Source: Candidatus Latescibacterota bacterium
GTDB taxonomy: Bacteria > Latescibacterota > UBA2968 > UBA8231
Assembly (NCBI GenBank): GCA_965208105.1
Contig: OZ242318.1
Location: 3,104,001-3,168,000 of the forward strand
Direction of reading: 5' to 3'
Length of the DNA: 64,000 nucleotides
Shown: one piece after another, positions 21,116 through 31,744 of the stretch
Numbering within the stretch: position 1 is the first letter of the stretch
Layout: every line of letters begins with the position of its first letter
The notes under the pieces: generated by a model
Told to the model about the DNA's origin: nothing
The model's input: only the letters and a program-made list of their open reading frames with translations
Databases searched by the model: none
Program-made: the position numbers and the translations under genes

Positions 21116-22516
21116 TCAATCTGTGTCCCCCTCCCTCCTCAATCTGGACCCGCGTAGCATCTCCTCAAGTAGGCCATGGTGGGCCATTGCAGTGAAGAAC
21201 CGTCGCATCGATTCATACAGCTGATCATCCGTCATTGACATCAACTGTTTGAGCTCAGCTTCCCATCTCCCCGATCTCTCTAGATTCCCTCGGTAGAAGT
21301 CTCTAGCACTTCTCTTCCTTACAATTCGCTGAACGTACTCGGCGGGGAACCAATCCTCTGAGATATCTGGAATAGGGGGCTTGGACAGGTACTTCACCTT
21401 ATATGACCGGTAGCCAAACTCACTTTCAGCAACATCGACGACCTCAGCGAGGTCACCATATGCCAGCACCAGGTCACCGATCTCGTGATCGCGAACATGG
21501 CGAGCAGTCAAGAGCTGATCAGCATCGGTAAGATCTCCACCTAGTACCTTGACAAGTGACTCAGATACGTCTGTCGGCTCCTCCCCAGTGAGCTCGTATG
21601 CTCTGACGACCAGCTGCGCCGCAATAAGGCACACATGCTCGGAGTTCCTGCGCAGGTCGCCTCGAGTTAGGTCGTACCTGACGCCGCCGACATTCGCATG
21701 AAGGGATCTACTGTTGCGTGAATATGAGCGGTCATAGCTTACCCCCAACTGAACCCGCTCGGCCTGATTGGCAAGCGGAAGAGCTTGTTTGTATCGAGGT
21801 CTGAAAGGCGCGAACACTTGGGAACTAAGCCTCAACTCGCTCTCCAGGTCGAGACGCTCATGCAGATACCACGGTCGCGTCTTTGCGGCGATCGGCCGAA
21901 GCACGTCGATGCAGAGCCCAATCGTCTTGTCGACATTGGCGCTCTTTGACGCGTGGAAGTCACGGAAGTCTTGCTGCAGCCGTAGGTAGGCGGATAGTTG
22001 AGCCGCGGCCAAGTAACCTCGGTATTGCTCCTCGTCGTTCGTTTGGGTGAAGCAGATCAGGTCCACGAGGTGCTCGGATAGCTTCCTCTGCCACAGTGCT
22101 TGCTCGTCGGCTACGCTTTCAGTAACAAGACGCTCGAGTCGGATCATCTCATCGCTATCTTCGCCTGCGATGTCTTCCGTCTCATCCTCGTCGGAAAGTA
22201 TCTCCTCCCATCGAATTGCGGCGGTAGCGGCCTTCACAACTTCGTCGAGCACACCGTACAGGTAGTAATCGCGAGGATTACCGACGCCGAATCCAGAAGT
22301 GAACCGGTAGAAAGTCTCGTCGATCGCCAGTTTGGAGCGAAGGTCAGTGGCCGCTCTCAATGGCAACCGCGAGCCGAAGACGTCTGAGTCAGCGGAAGCT
22401 TGCCGGCGGCCTAATCCTGGGGTAGGGTCCACGTCACGCAGCTGTGATTCACCGTACTTTGAACCACGTCGGCTCAGCGCAGAGACCACTTCAGAGATGA
22501 ACGTCCGTCCACTCAC
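21116..22516 (-). CDS. hypothetical protein, possible HEPN-like domain plus SH3-like C-terminal domain
   Basis: Long uninterrupted ORF; YDRSYSRNSRSLH motif; IGDLVLAYGDLAEVVDV...YKVKY...WF pattern. Confidence 0.7.
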   Translation of the reverse strand: MSGRTFISEVVSALSRRGSKYGESQLRDVDPTPGLGRRQASADSDVFGSRLPLRAATDLRSKLAIDETFYRFTSGFGVGNPRDYYLYGVLDEVVKAATAAIRWEEILSDEDETEDIAGEDSDEMIRLERLVTESVADEQALWQRKLSEHLVDLICFTQTNDEEQYRGYLAAAQLSAYLRLQQDFRDFHASKSANVDKTIGLCIDVLRPIAAKTRPWYLHERLDLESELRLSSQVFAPFRPRYKQALPLANQAERVQLGVSYDRSYSRNSRSLHANVGGVRYDLTRGDLRRNSEHVCLIAAQLVVRAYELTGEEPTDVSESLVKVLGGDLTDADQLLTARHVRDHEIGDLVLAYGDLAEVVDVAESEFGYRSYKVKYLSKPPIPDISEDWFPAEYVQRIVRKRSARDFYRGNLERSGRWEAELKQLMSMTDDQLYESMRRFFTAMAHHGLLEEMLRGSRLRREGDTD

Positions 22517-22700
22517 CGCATTCCTCCCGATGCTTGATCGGCCTCCAAATGGAGGTGGCCGGAGAGCTTCTCGACAATCAAGGGTGCGGCAACTCCGATG
22601 GCTGCAGCACCGACAGGGCCGGCCACCTGACCAGAGGTGCCGAATGCTATTGCCAAGCCAGAACCTACCGAGAGTCTGATGAGCTCGGCCACCAGGAAGG

Positions 22701-22800
22701 CTAGTGCGCTGTTAATGAGTCGGCATTGAGTTTTAGACCTTGGCCAGTGATACCACGAAGAAAGAAAAATTACAAGTCTGAATACTTAACAGCGCACTAG
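22701..22800. mobile_element. 100-bp IS630-derived MITE, copy 1
   Basis: Perfect 15-bp TIRs CTAGTGCGCTGTTAA / TTAACAGCGCACTAG; left ~34 bp match the IS630 end at 16021-16054 in reverse complement. Confidence 0.85.
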
Positions 22801-23244
22801 TGTAAACTGTCGGGGCCACCTGCCAGCGTTTGCCCGGATGAGTCGCCAGATCTCGACACCATCCACCGCAAAGCCGCCAAAAAGTCCCCAGATACCATAC
22901 TCATACCATGCCATAGGGTCTCCCTGCGAAGACTTGCAGCCGGAACCGGCTCAGTGTCATTATTTTGCTCCCAACGTGCGGGCACCCCTGCCCGATCCAT
23001 GAGGTGCATGATGTGCGTATCACGGCCGAACCCGCGGAAAGGTACATGAGAGTGATTCGATAACAAACGGCCGCGACTTCCGCGTATTCTCTTGCTTATC
23101 ATCGGCTTCTCTCGTCGTATACGCACGGATGACCAGCTCCGGAAACGCTTGATCCTATACGGCATAGTGTTGAGGCCGCAATGACCCTAATTTGCTGGCA
23201 ATAAAATTCGTCATTCACATGTCAGGTCTATGAGCGTTCCAACC

Positions 23245-24186
23245 CTACTCGGCTTTTCTGTACTCCTGCAGTTCGCGCACAATCGATGTCGCGCACTCCG
23301 CAGCAGCGCCATCAAGGGATCCTCTCTCTAGGAGTGTTTCGATGGCACCGATCACACTGTCTGTATTAGTCAGCCCTACTCCCCGGAGCGACAAAACCGC
23401 AGTTTCTGGATCGATTCCACTCGACAGATTCTGATCGAAGAGATGAAGGACCTGCTCGATGGACACGGGATCAGTATTCTCAGGCTCCGTGAGTCGGAAT
23501 GCCCGCACGCCATCTCCAAGACGCGTGAGGTCGCATCTCTTTTCTATGAACGGCAGGCTCTCCGAACTGGCCAGATCGAATACGAATTCAGTGATGACCA
23601 ACTCTGTGTCGTCAATCGAGAACTGGACGTCGCACTCAGCCTCGGAGTAACTCCCAATCTCGACGACCCCCGTGTTGGGAGATGATGCCCTAAATATCAA
23701 ACCTGCCCCGATCCAAGTGTTCTCCGAAACCCTTGTTGGCTCGTCACCCATGAGGCTCACAGCAAGTATTGCGTCTCCTGCGTACCAGCTATCGAAGCCT
23801 CTCCTCCCACTATACAGCACTGCATCGGCCTGTCCCTTCAGCTCTATTTGTCCAAGCTCCCGACTCTCTCTCATCTTCCACTCATGCAGATCCTTGATCG
23901 CTATCAGCGTTTCTACTGGGTATACGTCAGGTTGCTCGTCCACCAGCCGATGGTGGGTCGGGCACAGAAGCAGGAGGTTCGGCAGACCGTCAGTATCTCC
24001 ACCCGGCGGCTCACAGTTACCACGAGGCCCATTTGGCCGCTGGGACACAATGTGGCATTCAGTACCGATCACCACTGCCTCGCTGGTGCTTGACCCAAGG
24101 GTCAGTTGCTGGGTGCAACCGGGGAATGCACAGATGTCCCCTGAACGTGCCCACAAGAGCTTTCTGGTTTTCTGCGATATCGCCAT
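23245..24186 (-). CDS. HNH endonuclease domain protein with unknown C-terminal domain
   Basis: LWARSG..CAFPGC, ECHIV...GPRG, NLLLLCPTHHRLVD motifs. Confidence 0.85.
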   Translation of the reverse strand: MAISQKTRKLLWARSGDICAFPGCTQQLTLGSSTSEAVVIGTECHIVSQRPNGPRGNCEPPGGDTDGLPNLLLLCPTHHRLVDEQPDVYPVETLIAIKDLHEWKMRESRELGQIELKGQADAVLYSGRRGFDSWYAGDAILAVSLMGDEPTRVSENTWIGAGLIFRASSPNTGVVEIGSYSEAECDVQFSIDDTELVITEFVFDLASSESLPFIEKRCDLTRLGDGVRAFRLTEPENTDPVSIEQVLHLFDQNLSSGIDPETAVLSLRGVGLTNTDSVIGAIETLLERGSLDGAAAECATSIVRELQEYRKAE

Positions 24187-24345
24187 GGAGCTTGCTGGTC
24201 AACCTACCTTTGATCCCGTGGCGAGCCGAGGAAAGGTTGAATGCCCATTGGGACGTATGGAGCTGCAACCTGGATTTCGAGGGACAGAAATTTTACAAAA
24301 TAAGCACATAAGGCCCTTGGATTTATGAAAGTATGTTCCACTTAA

Positions 24346-25829
24346 CCCCAATGTTGCATAAATCAGCCCAAGATGTGCTGATCAAGCGGCTTGCTTGAGC
24401 GCTTCGAGATCATGCAACAGGTTCTTTTTCACTTTTGGATTCGCACTCAGCGTCAGGGTCAGTTCTCCCTTGGGCTCGGTGAGACGACCGGCGCGTTGGA
24501 TGAAACGATGGCGTAGCGTCCCCAAGCTTTGAAAGGTCCATGCCGCCGGACGTTGGGCTCTGGAATAGCGGGTGCGCGGATGGGTGAGTATCTGCACTTG
24601 GCGTCCGAGGTTGTGGGCCATCATCGCGGCCAAGGTAACCATCAGGTTGGCGACCAGACGCCGGGTCGGGATCAGGTCCAGCCCGGCCTGCTGCTTGGCC
24701 TCGGCAAACATCCCTTCCTGAGCCCCGCGGCCGTAGTGAAAGCGGAGCACCCCGCGGGCCGAGCCCGTCTTGTTGGTGACCAACACGCGGTAGTCGTGAT
24801 CAAAACTCCGGGGTTCGAACAGATCCAGTTGCAGCGGGCTCTTGATCTGGCGTCGCACCTTGCGGCGCACGAAGAGAAAACGATAGGAGGCCGGCCAGTT
24901 GTCCGGTTTCCAGTCGCTCTCGAAATAGGAACGTTCACCGTCCAGACAACGCCAGCGTCGCCGCGCCTCGATCATGTGTTTGAGCCGCGGAAACCGTTCG
25001 AACGGAACACTGAGGGTGCACTCGACGCCATACAGGTCCATGAGGGTGAGCGTGTGGCGACTGAAGAAGGCGCTGTCCAGTCGAGACTCGAGCTGTGTGT
25101 GGGGCAAAGCCTGTCGCACGCGATCGAAGGTGTCCATCATGAAATCATGGGCGCCCTTGCTGTCATGGACGTTGCCCGGGCGGTGCAGGACATCGAGAAA
25201 CTGTCCGCTCTGAGCCACCGTGCAGAACAGGTTGTAGTAACTGCGGGCGCCCTTCTTCTTCACATTGTAGCCCACCGCGGTCCCTTCGGCATGACCGCGG
25301 GTGGAACAGACCGAGCCATCGAAGTCCAGAGTCAAACGCCTGAACCGCTCCCGCCGCAGGGCGTCGATGACCAACGTCGTGCTCACCTGCCGAACCTTCT
25401 CGATACTGGCTTGACTCATGTGGCCCACCGGGTCGTCCCGATAGTAGTCCGCCTCGCGCAAGCGCCGGAAACCCAAAAGCAAATGCACGATGAGGAGCAA
25501 CACGATGCGATGCGGACCATAGCAGGGGCCCTGGGTCAACGGGAAACACGCCTTCAGTCGGGCTTTGAGTTGCAGGCGCTGAAAGAGCGCCTGAAAAACA
25601 ATCGCTCCACCAAAGGACGTAAGCTGTTGATCTTCGAAGCGAAGGCGTGGGATCTTGTGAAAACGGGCCAAAATGGCTTGTTTGCTATATCTCACTTGCG
25701 GTGTCCTCCTGAAAAGGGCTCGATGTTGTTTTCGTCCAACATTATCGATACCCCATTTTCAGAGGCGCCGCAAGTGTGCAGCGGGTTGCCTATAGACTCA
25801 GAATAGGCAAATCTTATGCAACAATAGGG
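24346..25829 (-). mobile_element. IS1380 family element (transposase 24382-25695)
   Basis: LTSFGG, TLDFDGSV, LHRPGN.HD, RLDSAF, Y.GRG.QE...EAK motifs; TIRs CCCCAATGTTGCATAA / CCCTATTGTTGCATAA (14/16). Confidence 0.88.
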
Positions 25830-26441
25830 TCAAGTATCGTGGTTTCGAAAGCAAGCCTGGATCGTGGTTGTCCGCTTGGCGAAGTTGTAAATAGATTTCT
25901 TCCCCGATGACACGGGGGCAACGGTTTCCACGGAGAAGGAGATCGGTCTGTATATCGAAGGGACCCGGAGTATCCAGATCCAACTGACAGAAGAGGAGTA
26001 AATTCCCATTTGAAAAGGTGGGATAATCGAGTGGGACTGCCCCGTAATCCGCAAGGCCATAGCCGAGGCCCTGAAACAGGCCGGCTATGGATCCCAGTTG
26101 CATCCTGGACCTGGCCGCGAAGCACACCCCTACCCATACAAATTACTTGCACCTCCGATCCTGGTCGCCTATATTGGGTACAAAGCAAAGCCGGGAGCGT
26201 GTTCAAGGCGCCCCCGGCTGAATACTCAACCCTTTCACAGGAGGGTTTAGTATGAATTCCTTCCAATTTACCGCAATTCGGGACAGAAGTCAAGTCCCTC
26301 CCCTCTCCTTCTTTCTTTCACAGTCTACCTATCTGACGCTCAGCGAATTGGACAAACTTCGCCGACCAGGGGGATAGTGGTCCTTGGCCGGTTCGACGTG
26401 TGGCACGGGCACCCCGAACCACAACGCAGGAGAAGTGTGCC

Positions 26442-26561
26442 ATGCAGAGTGCCAGAATGCAAAAAATAAAGAGCAATTCGACCGTAGTATGGGCTACGGT
26501 AGCGACCGTCGCCTACTATGTGGTCATTGGCTTCATGTTGATGAGTTTTGCCTTCGGCTAG
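26442..26561 (+). CDS. 39-aa single-pass membrane peptide
   Basis: AGGAG RBS; MQSARMQKIKSNSTVVWATVATVAYYVVIGFMLMSFAFG, basic N-terminus then one hydrophobic helix; not in the ORF track. Confidence 0.5.
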   Translation: MQSARMQKIKSNSTVVWATVATVAYYVVIGFMLMSFAFG

Positions 26562-26725
26562 CAGCGGCGGAGATCCCAAACCCACGGTTGTCTCGTGATC
26601 TCCATTGGGGCGCTCTGGCTCTATCCCCTTGGGCCGAGTGCCCCAAACACCTCCATTGCAAAATCACCCACTACCAGCCCTTGAATTTAGTCGGGCGGCC
26701 TGCGCTTTCCCTGGTAGCTTCTACG

Positions 26726-27602
26726 GTAGGGTCGAGAGCTGGCGCGCCAACGGTAGGGTCCGGTGGCGATTCCACCGCTTTGGCGATGGGCCTCAGTCCG
26801 GCTCCCGTGATCACGTCTCCAACTCCCGCCACGTCAAACCCGGCATGTCGTTTGCCGACACCGGGCTTTCCTGTTGATTTCTTCTCAAGGGTTATGGGAC
26901 CTATTGCGCCGGATCGACTTTCGGCACGTGGCAGGCAAATGGCCACGGCCTACTCCACCTCTTCCAGCCAAAACCCTGACCTTGCGCCCACGCATCCGTC
27001 GGCGCCTGAAAATGCCAGGCCTTGTCAGCCTTCGCCTTGAGGTATATTCTCCTCCTCAGGTCCTGCGCCGCAATGGGCGTCTTTGTCATTCCGCCCGTGC
27101 CTCCCTTTGTTGTCGGAGAACGATCAACAGCAGGGCGTCTTCGCTCCACGGGCATTACCCCGCTTCAGCGCTACTACACACCCATCCGCCACCCTCTCGC
27201 CTTCGGCCTCCTTCCCGGTGTCTCCGGTTATAAGGCCTACCCTGCTCCGGCGATTTCGCGCCGGGGCGAGGAGGGCTTCTCCAGTTGCTCGGCAGGTCCT
27301 TGTCATCGTGCCGTCGCTATCACCCCGCCGAAGTGGAACAGCCGTCTCATTCAGCCTTCGGCTGCCCATGCTGCCTTCGCCGCCGGGATGTCGGCTCGGC
27401 CTTCGGGACTCCGCACTTTCGGGGCCACCTCTGCGTTCACTTTCGTTACGGCCCGATGACTCGCAGTCTCCCCACAGAGACTCTGTCGATAGGCTTCAGG
27501 ATGTTGGTTTCCCGCTACCCTGCTATCCAAGCTACGGGGCGGCTGACTCTTACCCCGGCAGGACTGTCTCCTGCTGAACATGCCAGCCTTCGCTGGACAC
27601 AC
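26726..27602 (-). ncRNA. group II intron, 877 nt, with RT ORF almost entirely deleted
   Basis: 5' end GTGTGTCCAGCG at 27602; domain V AAGCCCGGTGTCGGCAAACGACATGCCGGGTTT (~26836-26869); long domain VI ending CTCGACCCTAC at 26726; 62-aa ORF remnant 26901-27089. Confidence 0.9.
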
Positions 27603-27624
27603 AGCCGGAGTTTGCAAAAGTTCA

Positions 27625-28105
27625 GTATTGAACACAACGCAGCTGAAGAAACCATAGACGGCGCCCTACCGAAAATGGCGGCCGTCAAACAGCACTTCCG
27701 GGCGCTACCCTACCGGGAAGTCGCATGAAGACCGGGATCGAGCACTGCGTGCCCTTGAGTGATGCTGCGATGACCCTGCTCGAACGGGCCCAGCTTCTTG
27801 AAGACGGCAGCGGGCTGATCTTTCCTTCCCCATCAAGGCGAGGCAAGGAGTTGAGCGATATGGCACTGACCAAGGTTCTGAAGGACAATGGTCTCGCCGA
27901 GAGGACCACGGTCCACGGTCTCCGGAGCACGTTCAGAGTTTGGGCGAGCGAGCAGACGGACGCTGACCACGCTGTCATGGAATTATCCCTCGCGCACCCG
28001 GTCGGCTCTGCCGTCGAGAAAGCCTATGCGAGGTCAGACCTGCTCGCTAAGCGACGCCACCTAATGGCAAAATGGGGCACCTACCTGACTGCCTCCTCAA
28101 ATTGA
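27625..28105 (+). pseudogene. P4-like tyrosine integrase remnant
   Basis: HNAA..IDGALP..KQHFRALPY, then MKTG.EH.VPLS, HGLRSTFR.W, LAH, AYARSDL; 5' part and middle missing. Confidence 0.85.
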
Positions 28106-29385
28106 TACCTTCAAAAGCGTGCGGCGTTGGAAAATGAGAGCAAAAAGCGCTTACGTCACCTCCTCCACTGACCTTGCCACCATATTCGAGTCAAGGTAGT
28201 GTGTTGGTGTAGGAGGTGTCCAGAATCTGGGGGTCAGTACACTCCTCTGAGGACAGCCAGATGTAGGTGATGATGTCGTCTCCCCAAATCTGATGGGGTG
28301 GTTGGGGGTGAGCCATTTGGAAGGTTGGGATAGGGTGCTAGGCCCCAGGCTGAAGAGGTTGTACCAATATATCGTTTGACCTGGATCTGGGGATTTACTA
28401 CTGCACGATGCATTGGATGCCCTTCGGGTTGACGGCCACACCCCTACAGCCCAATTCCAGGGTCATGCCACGGTAGCCACAGGTGGGACAATCCAGGGCG
28501 ATGTGCTCGACGAGGCGACGCCTTGGACCCATTTTTCGAGGCCAAAGAGACACGACCCAGCCGCTGGGATGATGGGTCCGAGGAATTGCCAGCTCGGTTG
28601 CCCCTTCTTATTGAGCGAACTGTCTTTGAATAGGGGATTGTAGGATGAGCGGCTATGGCTGATGTGGTGACCTCCTTCCGGATGGACTTCCATAAATCGA
28701 ACCTCAGGAAGGAAGAAGTCCATGAATGGGGCCCACCTCTCACAGATGCCTTCGAAAACTTCAAAAACCAGGATAAAATTCAAAAGAAAATCAGAAATTT
28801 TCCAAACTAAAACCGAATCGAATCCGGGGGTAAAATGGCTTGAAATTTAGGATAAGTGGCACGAAAAACTCCACAAATTCGATCTGGGAAACAGGGACAT
28901 ACTCCGGAAGTTTCCCTGGATAATTTAAATGATCTGATCCACCCTGTTCCCCCCTTCATCCATCCCCCGGAATCTACCACCTCCCCTGATTACCCAGATT
29001 GAGAACAATACAAACAGCCCGTTGCCGAGACGCCCGGACCCTTGACTGCCCGAGTGGGTCGCTTGAGCATCAGAACAACCTTGAATTTATTACTCATGAG
29101 GGGATGCCCCAGAATGATCTATAGTTGGTAATCAAAAAAAATTTAATCTGCCTCTATCCTCCGGCTACCCGACTGCTGGCCTGGGTCATTTATCGCCCGC
29201 CGAATCCCTATTCCCGACCCTTTTAAGGTGCAGTCCTCATAAATGGGAACCCCCATGGGGCTGCTTGAAAACCTCCCCTTTGAAGTGCTCCATGGCAGAT
29301 GAAAGGGGAACCCTTTCCCGCAATCTCCAACCAGTGATGTACCTCCCCCTCGATTAAATCCACCCCAGGATACAAGGAGATTGCC

Positions 29386-29595
29386 ATGTCCGAAGCAGTA
29401 GAACTGCCCCGCTGGGTCATCCGTCGATATGCCGTAGTCAAGGACCACAAGGTTGACAAGTTTGAAACACTGCCGGGAGCCACCGCCCACCGCCAGAAGC
29501 ATGGAGGAGAAGTGCGAGAACTCGTGTTCCGTCTCTCGGAGGTAACCCCCGTCCCACCCGGGGTTGAAGGATGGGTGCGGGCAGACGGGGAATAG
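29386..29595 (+). CDS. small hypothetical protein (69 aa)
   Basis: AAGGAG RBS, ATG start, plausible composition. Confidence 0.5.
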   Translation: MSEAVELPRWVIRRYAVVKDHKVDKFETLPGATAHRQKHGGEVRELVFRLSEVTPVPPGVEGWVRADGE

Positions 29596-30013
29596 GCCGA
29601 TCATTGCGCTTTCGTACTCACCTCGTATAGGCCTGGAGTCCTCGGAAACGTTTCCAAGGACCCTTTATCCCCTCCAGTTGGAACGCACCCCTTGAATTCG
29701 GATGGCGAGGCTGACCTCGTTGCCGGGATTTTTTGGGTCAGCGCCTCGGCGAATCATTCCGGAGAGCATCCCGGGGTTAAGAAATATCCCACCCGAGCTT
29801 GTTCCTCGAACCAACCCCCTCCATAGTTCCTGTTCTGTTACTGATTTTCCTTCAGAGCAAAAGACCAGGCGATCATTAAACCGGCGGGCCACCTCCAACC
29901 GGGTCGCCTGATCCTTCGCTCTTCTTCGTTCCCTTCGAACTCATTGGCATGATGCTGCACGTCCCATCGGGAAAAGATGTTGGGTGGGGTTAGAGAAAAA
30001 TGCGGTCACGCCA

Positions 30014-30496
30014 ATGAACCGGAAACTCAAACCATTTCTTCATCAGAAAGGATTCTTCATTAAAATCGAAGTGGTCGAGCGCAAGGTCAAACAGGTATGG
30101 AAGAACGTTGTGTCCGAACCGGTTGAGAATCCCCGCGACGTCAGCGCCTATCTCGATACCCTGGATATCAGAATGGCCGACCGGGAGATGTTCGTCGTCC
30201 TCCACCTGGATGTCCGCAACCGGGTCGTCGCCCACGAAATCACCTCCATAGGCAGCCAGACCGCCTCGCTGGTGCATCCCCGGGAAGTGTTCAAGTCCGC
30301 CATCCTCAAAGGCGCCTGTTCGCTCATACTGTCCCACAATCACCCCAGTGGAGACCCCTCGCCCTCCAAAGACGATATCGATCTCACCAATCGACTTGTG
30401 GAAGCAGGCCGGCTCATGGGCATTGACGTGCTTGATCATATCATCGTCGCCCCTCCCGACCGAAACCTGTCCATGAAGGAAACGGGAATGATCTAG
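30014..30496 (+). CDS. radC: RadC-like JAB/MPN domain protein
   Basis: DREMFVVLHLD, VHPREVFK.AI, HNHPSGDPSPS..D, G.LMGIDVLDHIIV; short island-type form. Confidence 0.9.
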   Translation: MNRKLKPFLHQKGFFIKIEVVERKVKQVWKNVVSEPVENPRDVSAYLDTLDIRMADREMFVVLHLDVRNRVVAHEITSIGSQTASLVHPREVFKSAILKGACSLILSHNHPSGDPSPSKDDIDLTNRLVEAGRLMGIDVLDHIIVAPPDRNLSMKETGMI

Positions 30497-31744
30497 GGGG
30501 AAGGGAGACCCCCGCTACAGCCGTGGTCCACCCGCCACGGCATGGAAGGGCCGGAATGGAAGGACACGATGCCCGGTCCTGACAGGATCCAAGCCGTTGA
30601 TCTGCTTCGCGCGATGGCTGCGGGAAAGTGCAGGGTTCTGCGGGAGACCCGTCTCATGCACCCCCGCAGGGTTGCGTAGTGGCGCTCTGCAGTGCCGGTG
30701 GAGAGACCTTCTCCGGATCGAATGGGCTCATGATCCGGACAGGCTCCGTAGACCGGCACCGCAGGGCCCACGTCTCGATCCAAAGAGGTGTCCCCCCAGG
30801 GGGGGCGTACCCGGGGTGGAGGCCCAAAGTTCACCGGAGGCGATCACTGTCGGCCTCAAGTTCCAAGGGGTATGCCCGGGCGAGGATCGGCGCTGAGGTC
30901 TACCCCTTCCAGGACGCACCCAGATCCCGGCTCGAGGTCTATCGCTCCCAGGTTGGGAGATCCCTGGCGGTCCTTTGCGCCGGGGCTTGTGCCCATTCTT
31001 CACCTTTAGCCTGATGCGCTCATCGTCCAGGGCACCAAGGGGGCTCCTTTGGTACCGGTCCCAGACAGATCCTTGCTTGCCGGGGAGTTTCAGACCTGAA
31101 TTTCAGGACCTCTCGCACAGGCTGGCCGTGGTCCGGTTGGAAAGGCCCACACCCAGGCAATGGAGTATCAGATGGAGGACAGACCGAAGGTTCATCCAGA
31201 AACAGGGAGGGGGTGATACCTGATGATGCCACGAGGGTTGGCCGCACTGCTGGAGATCGCGCTGGAAGGGATTCGGATCATTCTGAATCGCTGGAAGTCG
31301 AAGTGATTCCGGCAGGATGCCAGACCGGAAGGATGGACGTAAATATTTGCGTCTATCCTTTTTTTAGCCGCGAAACTGTATCTGCCAGCCCTCTGGCAGT
31401 TGTTTCTTGGGGTGTGCATCGGATTTCCCTCCTTTGTACATACGCACCTTCCGTCCCCAGGCAAGAGGGGAAGCCTGTTTCGTTTCATTAGAGATCGGCT
31501 TTGGACCTTTCTGCACGTAACCTGATCTGGGAGTGGTGACTGACCATTGCAGCCATTCCTTGTTTCAAGGAGGATCCAAGAGGAAGTGAGCGCCTTTCTA
31601 TGCTCTGTTTTACCAGATTCCTGGTGAAATCGCGCCTGAACTTTGACTTCCGAACATACCTCCTCGGGAAATTCGGGTCCGATGAGAATGCAGATGGGGG
31701 TACACGTGGAAAAATGAACGTCAGACGATTTCTGGATTGTTACA

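Noticed and set aside
26401-26416. Sigma-54 promoter (TGGCAC) before the 39-aa peptide
   Set aside because: The -12 TTGC element is missing.
28150-31700. oriT, replication origin or structured RNA in the gene-poor stretch around radC
   Set aside because: Only short hairpins, IS end fragments and broken ORFs; nothing diagnostic could be supported.
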